DNA from: Bacteroidales bacterium
GTDB lineage: Bacteria; Bacteroidota; Bacteroidia; Bacteroidales; JAAUTT01
Direction of reading: 5' to 3'
Length of the DNA: 48,709 bases
Assembly (NCBI GenBank): GCA_025350365.1
Contig: JANXXY010000188.1
Location: 1 to 48,709, forward strand
The notes below the pieces were generated by a model, which was given only the letters and a program-made list of their open reading frames with translations, did no database searches and had not been told where the DNA came from. Positions 46,611 through 48,709 of the stretch are shown one piece after another. Made by a program: the position numbers and the translations under genes. Position 1 is the stretch's first letter. The number at the start of each line of letters is the position of its first letter.

Positions 46611-47882
46611 ATGCAAATAAGAAATCAACAAAGAGAAATACTGGTTTACGCTAACTGGAAAGGATTACAAGATCCTTTGCTTATGGGAACTCTTACAGCC
46701 ACCCAATTGCGCGGAAAGGATGTATTCTCGTTTGAATATAGGAAAGAATGGATAAATTCAGGGAACGCCCAACATATTGACCCCGATTTGCAACTTTATT
46801 CAGGACCTCAATACCTGAATGAAGGGAAAACGAATTTTGGTATATTTCTTGATTCTGCACCAGATCGATGGGGTAGAGTATTAATGCAACGCCGTGAAGC
46901 AATACTTGCACGATCCGAAAATCGTAAAGCAAATACACTTTTCGAAATAGATTATCTTCTCGGTGTTTATGATGAACAACGGATAGGAGGGATCCGTTTC
47001 AAAGAGAACGAAAACGGACCATTTCTTAACGATAATAAAGATCTTTCGGCTCCACCCTGGACATCACTTAGAGAGCTTGAATATGCAAGCTTACAAATTG
47101 AAAAGGATAATAGCATAGATAATCCCGAATATGTTAAATGGATTAACATGCTTATGGCTCCTGGTTCTTCATTAGGTGGTGCAAGACCAAAAGCAGGAGT
47201 CTTGGATACAGAGAAAAACCTTTGGATTGCAAAATTTCCAAGTGCAAACGATAACAAGGATATTGGGGCATGGGAAATGGTGGTGAACGATTTAGCTAAA
47301 ATTGCCGGGTTGCAAATGGCTGAGGGAATGGTTCGCAAATTCTCAACGAATTATCATACGTATTTAACAAAGCGATTTGACCGGACACCAAAAGGAGAAC
47401 GGATTCATTTTGCATCGGCTATGACATTGCTGGGCTACACCGATGGAGTTAGCTCTCATGATGGTGTCAGCTACCTGGAAATTGTCGAATTTATTATGAG
47501 GCACGGGGCTAAGGTCGATCATGATCTTGAAGAGCTATGGAGAAGAATTGTATTTAGCATTTGTGTCTCAAATACCGACGACCATCTTCGAAATCATGGA
47601 TTTCTGTTAACCGAAACCGGATGGATTCTTTCGCCTGCGTACGATGTGAATCCTGTTGAAACAGGAACAGGATTAAAACTTAACATTTCTGAACATGATA
47701 ATTCCTTAAATTTAGATTTAGCCTTGGAGGTCGCCGAATATTTTCGGCTTCAAGATAAACGTGCTGTCGAGATTATTGAATCCGTTAAAAAATCAGTTCT
47801 TACCTGGAGGTCAATTGCTGAAAAGTATAAAATTTCAAAATCCGAACAGGAAAGAATGGCTAAGGCATTTTATTCTGAATGA
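46611..47882 (+). CDS. hipA: HipA-family serine/threonine kinase toxin
   Basis: I take the start at ATG 46611 (MQIRNQQREILVY...). It has the N-terminal HipA coupling region, SLGGARPKA (nucleotide-binding loop) and the catalytic loop SNTDDHLRNHGFLL. Confidence 0.9.
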   Translation: MQIRNQQREILVYANWKGLQDPLLMGTLTATQLRGKDVFSFEYRKEWINSGNAQHIDPDLQLYSGPQYLNEGKTNFGIFLDSAPDRWGRVLMQRREAILARSENRKANTLFEIDYLLGVYDEQRIGGIRFKENENGPFLNDNKDLSAPPWTSLRELEYASLQIEKDNSIDNPEYVKWINMLMAPGSSLGGARPKAGVLDTEKNLWIAKFPSANDNKDIGAWEMVVNDLAKIAGLQMAEGMVRKFSTNYHTYLTKRFDRTPKGERIHFASAMTLLGYTDGVSSHDGVSYLEIVEFIMRHGAKVDHDLEELWRRIVFSICVSNTDDHLRNHGFLLTETGWILSPAYDVNPVETGTGLKLNISEHDNSLNLDLALEVAEYFRLQDKRAVEIIESVKKSVLTWRSIAEKYKISKSEQERMAKAFYSE

Positions 47883-48034
47883 CTTTTATAATTTTACATT
47901 ATGGTGAAATTTTGAGTTATTTAATAAGACAAATCAAAAAAATAAATTAGAAGAACTGCGATACATAAGCGATACAATATGTTATGTTTATGTAATTGAA
48001 AATTAAATATGAACGCTTTAATAAATTAAAATTC

Positions 48035-48050
48035 GTCCCGCTACCCCGAC
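48035..48050 (+). repeat. direct repeat copy 2 (displaced tRNA-Pro 3' end, putative attR core)
   Basis: gtcccgctaccccgac. The 4 nt upstream (ttcg) also match the tRNA T-loop if a 2-nt gap is allowed. Confidence 0.7.
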
Positions 48051-48073
48051 AAAATGGGAAACAACCCAAAACA

Positions 48074-48116
48074 AAAGCTCGTAAATCTTATGGTTTACGG
48101 GCTTTTTGTTTTTTTT
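48074..48116 (+). terminator. strong rho-independent terminator (probably the original tRNA-Pro terminator)
   Basis: aaagctcgtaaa (48074-48085) and tttacgggcttt (48094-48105) form a 12-bp stem with one G-U pair and an 8-nt loop, followed by ttgtttttttt. Confidence 0.75.
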
Positions 48117-48319
48117 GATACAAAATCGAAACAATTATTCTCAACCAAAATGTGACCTATCCGGTGACCTAAAATTAATTTTATCATTGGGTCACCGAAT
48201 AGCACATAAGTAGTTTTTTTACAATTGTTTGAATAATATTATTTAGGTGTTTTTGATGGGTTTTAAGAGGTCATTTTCGGATGGAAAGGTGACCAAGTTT
48301 TCAAAATGAATTTCGTGAA

Positions 48320-48517
48320 ATGTTCCCCGATGTAGAAGTAGTTGACGGAAGCCTGGAATTTATTATGATTGTAGCTTTTATAATTACCAGTATGGGATTT
48401 AAACAACTATCAGGTTTTGTAAACTATGCAGGACTTTTTCAACGAATTTGTATTTCAATTGGTTGGACTTGGATGACTCTGTTTTCTTTACATTTAATAA
48501 AAAAACGAATCGACTAA
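48320..48517 (+). CDS. 65-aa hydrophobic ORF, possibly the tail of a degraded membrane-protein gene
   Basis: The ORF-track entry has two hydrophobic segments. It is preceded by two short ORFs in the other two frames (ATG 48256, ATG 48306), a pattern typical of frameshift decay. Confidence 0.25.
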   Translation: MFPDVEVVDGSLEFIMIVAFIITSMGFKQLSGFVNYAGLFQRICISIGWTWMTLFSLHLIKKRID

Positions 48518-48596
48518 TCTGGCTGGATTGTGAGTGAAATAATCGCTCAAGGTCTACTCGATTTCTTAATATTCAGACATCCAATACTCACGTAAT

Positions 48597-48709
48597 TTAA
48601 ACTGCGACCGTTTCAAAAATGAGTTGTAAATTTGTGAAAGGAAAATGGGTTTCAGTTTGGTTTAAAAATGCGCATAATTCTTTCACGGCTTCGTTAGCCC
48701 TTGGTGTGG
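48597..48709 (-). CDS. C-terminal fragment of an unidentified gene entering from the window end
   Basis: The minus-strand frame is open from the window edge to TAA (rc of tta at 48597-48599) and reads ...TPRANEAVKELCAFLNQTETHFPFTNLQLIFETVAV. I recognised no family. Confidence 0.3.
   Translation of the reverse strand, partial: TPRANEAVKELCAFLNQTETHFPFTNLQLIFETVAV

Larger units (their letters stand above)
46174..48034. mobile_element. putative tRNA-Pro-integrated islet (about 1.9 kb) carrying hipBA; no integrase present
   Basis: It is bounded by the perfect 16-bp direct repeat of the tRNA 3' end. A strong terminator that would fit the tRNA lies just outside the right repeat. Confidence 0.4.

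Noticed and set aside
46174-48034. Search for an integrase, excisionase or transposase inside the repeat-bounded hipBA interval
   Set aside because: None is found in any frame. The interval is filled by hipB, hipA and about 150 bp of AT-rich tail. The mobile-element call is therefore kept at low confidence and rests only on the direct repeat and the displaced terminator.

Overview
This is a 48.7-kb AT-rich chromosomal segment that looks like Bacteroidota. The taxon call rests on a PorZ-like T9SS protein with a C-terminal sorting domain, the FtsX-DUF3098-UppP-TruB-QueA block, DapL-route lysine genes, a long-tailed S16 and TAnnTTTG-type -7 boxes. I can support about 41 protein-coding genes, one tRNA-Pro(CGG), several terminator hairpins and a few repeat elements. 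I saw no rRNA, CRISPR array, transposase or integrase. Most of the window is housekeeping: dNK, GH3-like, queA, truB, uppP, ftsX, ilvE, rdgB, dapL-dapF-lysA, tsaC, rimM-rpsP, cmk, ispH, pfkA, priA and a heptose kinase. Signal transduction is dense: a propeller/Y_Y_Y-class III adenylate cyclase divergent from a tandem USP, a LiaF-like/LytS/LytTR triad, and a soluble 4xPAS kinase - REC - REC-kinase-REC operon. There is also an uncharacterised envelope cluster (OM-barrel candidate, two lipoproteins, DUF2723 membrane protein plus NodB deacetylase). Two small accessory insertions stand out. (i) An overlapping HTH-ImmA/IrrE metallopeptidase + DUF4411 (PIN-like) pair sits between pfkA and priA behind a 460-bp gene-poor spacer; it looks like a protease-gated toxin/defence cassette and I know of no experimental characterisation. 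(ii) A 1.9-kb hipBA islet is bounded by a perfect 16-bp duplication of the tRNA-Pro 3' end, with the presumptive original tRNA terminator displaced to its far side. All family assignments are motif recognition by eye on the supplied translations; none was verified by a database search. Self-derived coordinates may be off by a base or two.
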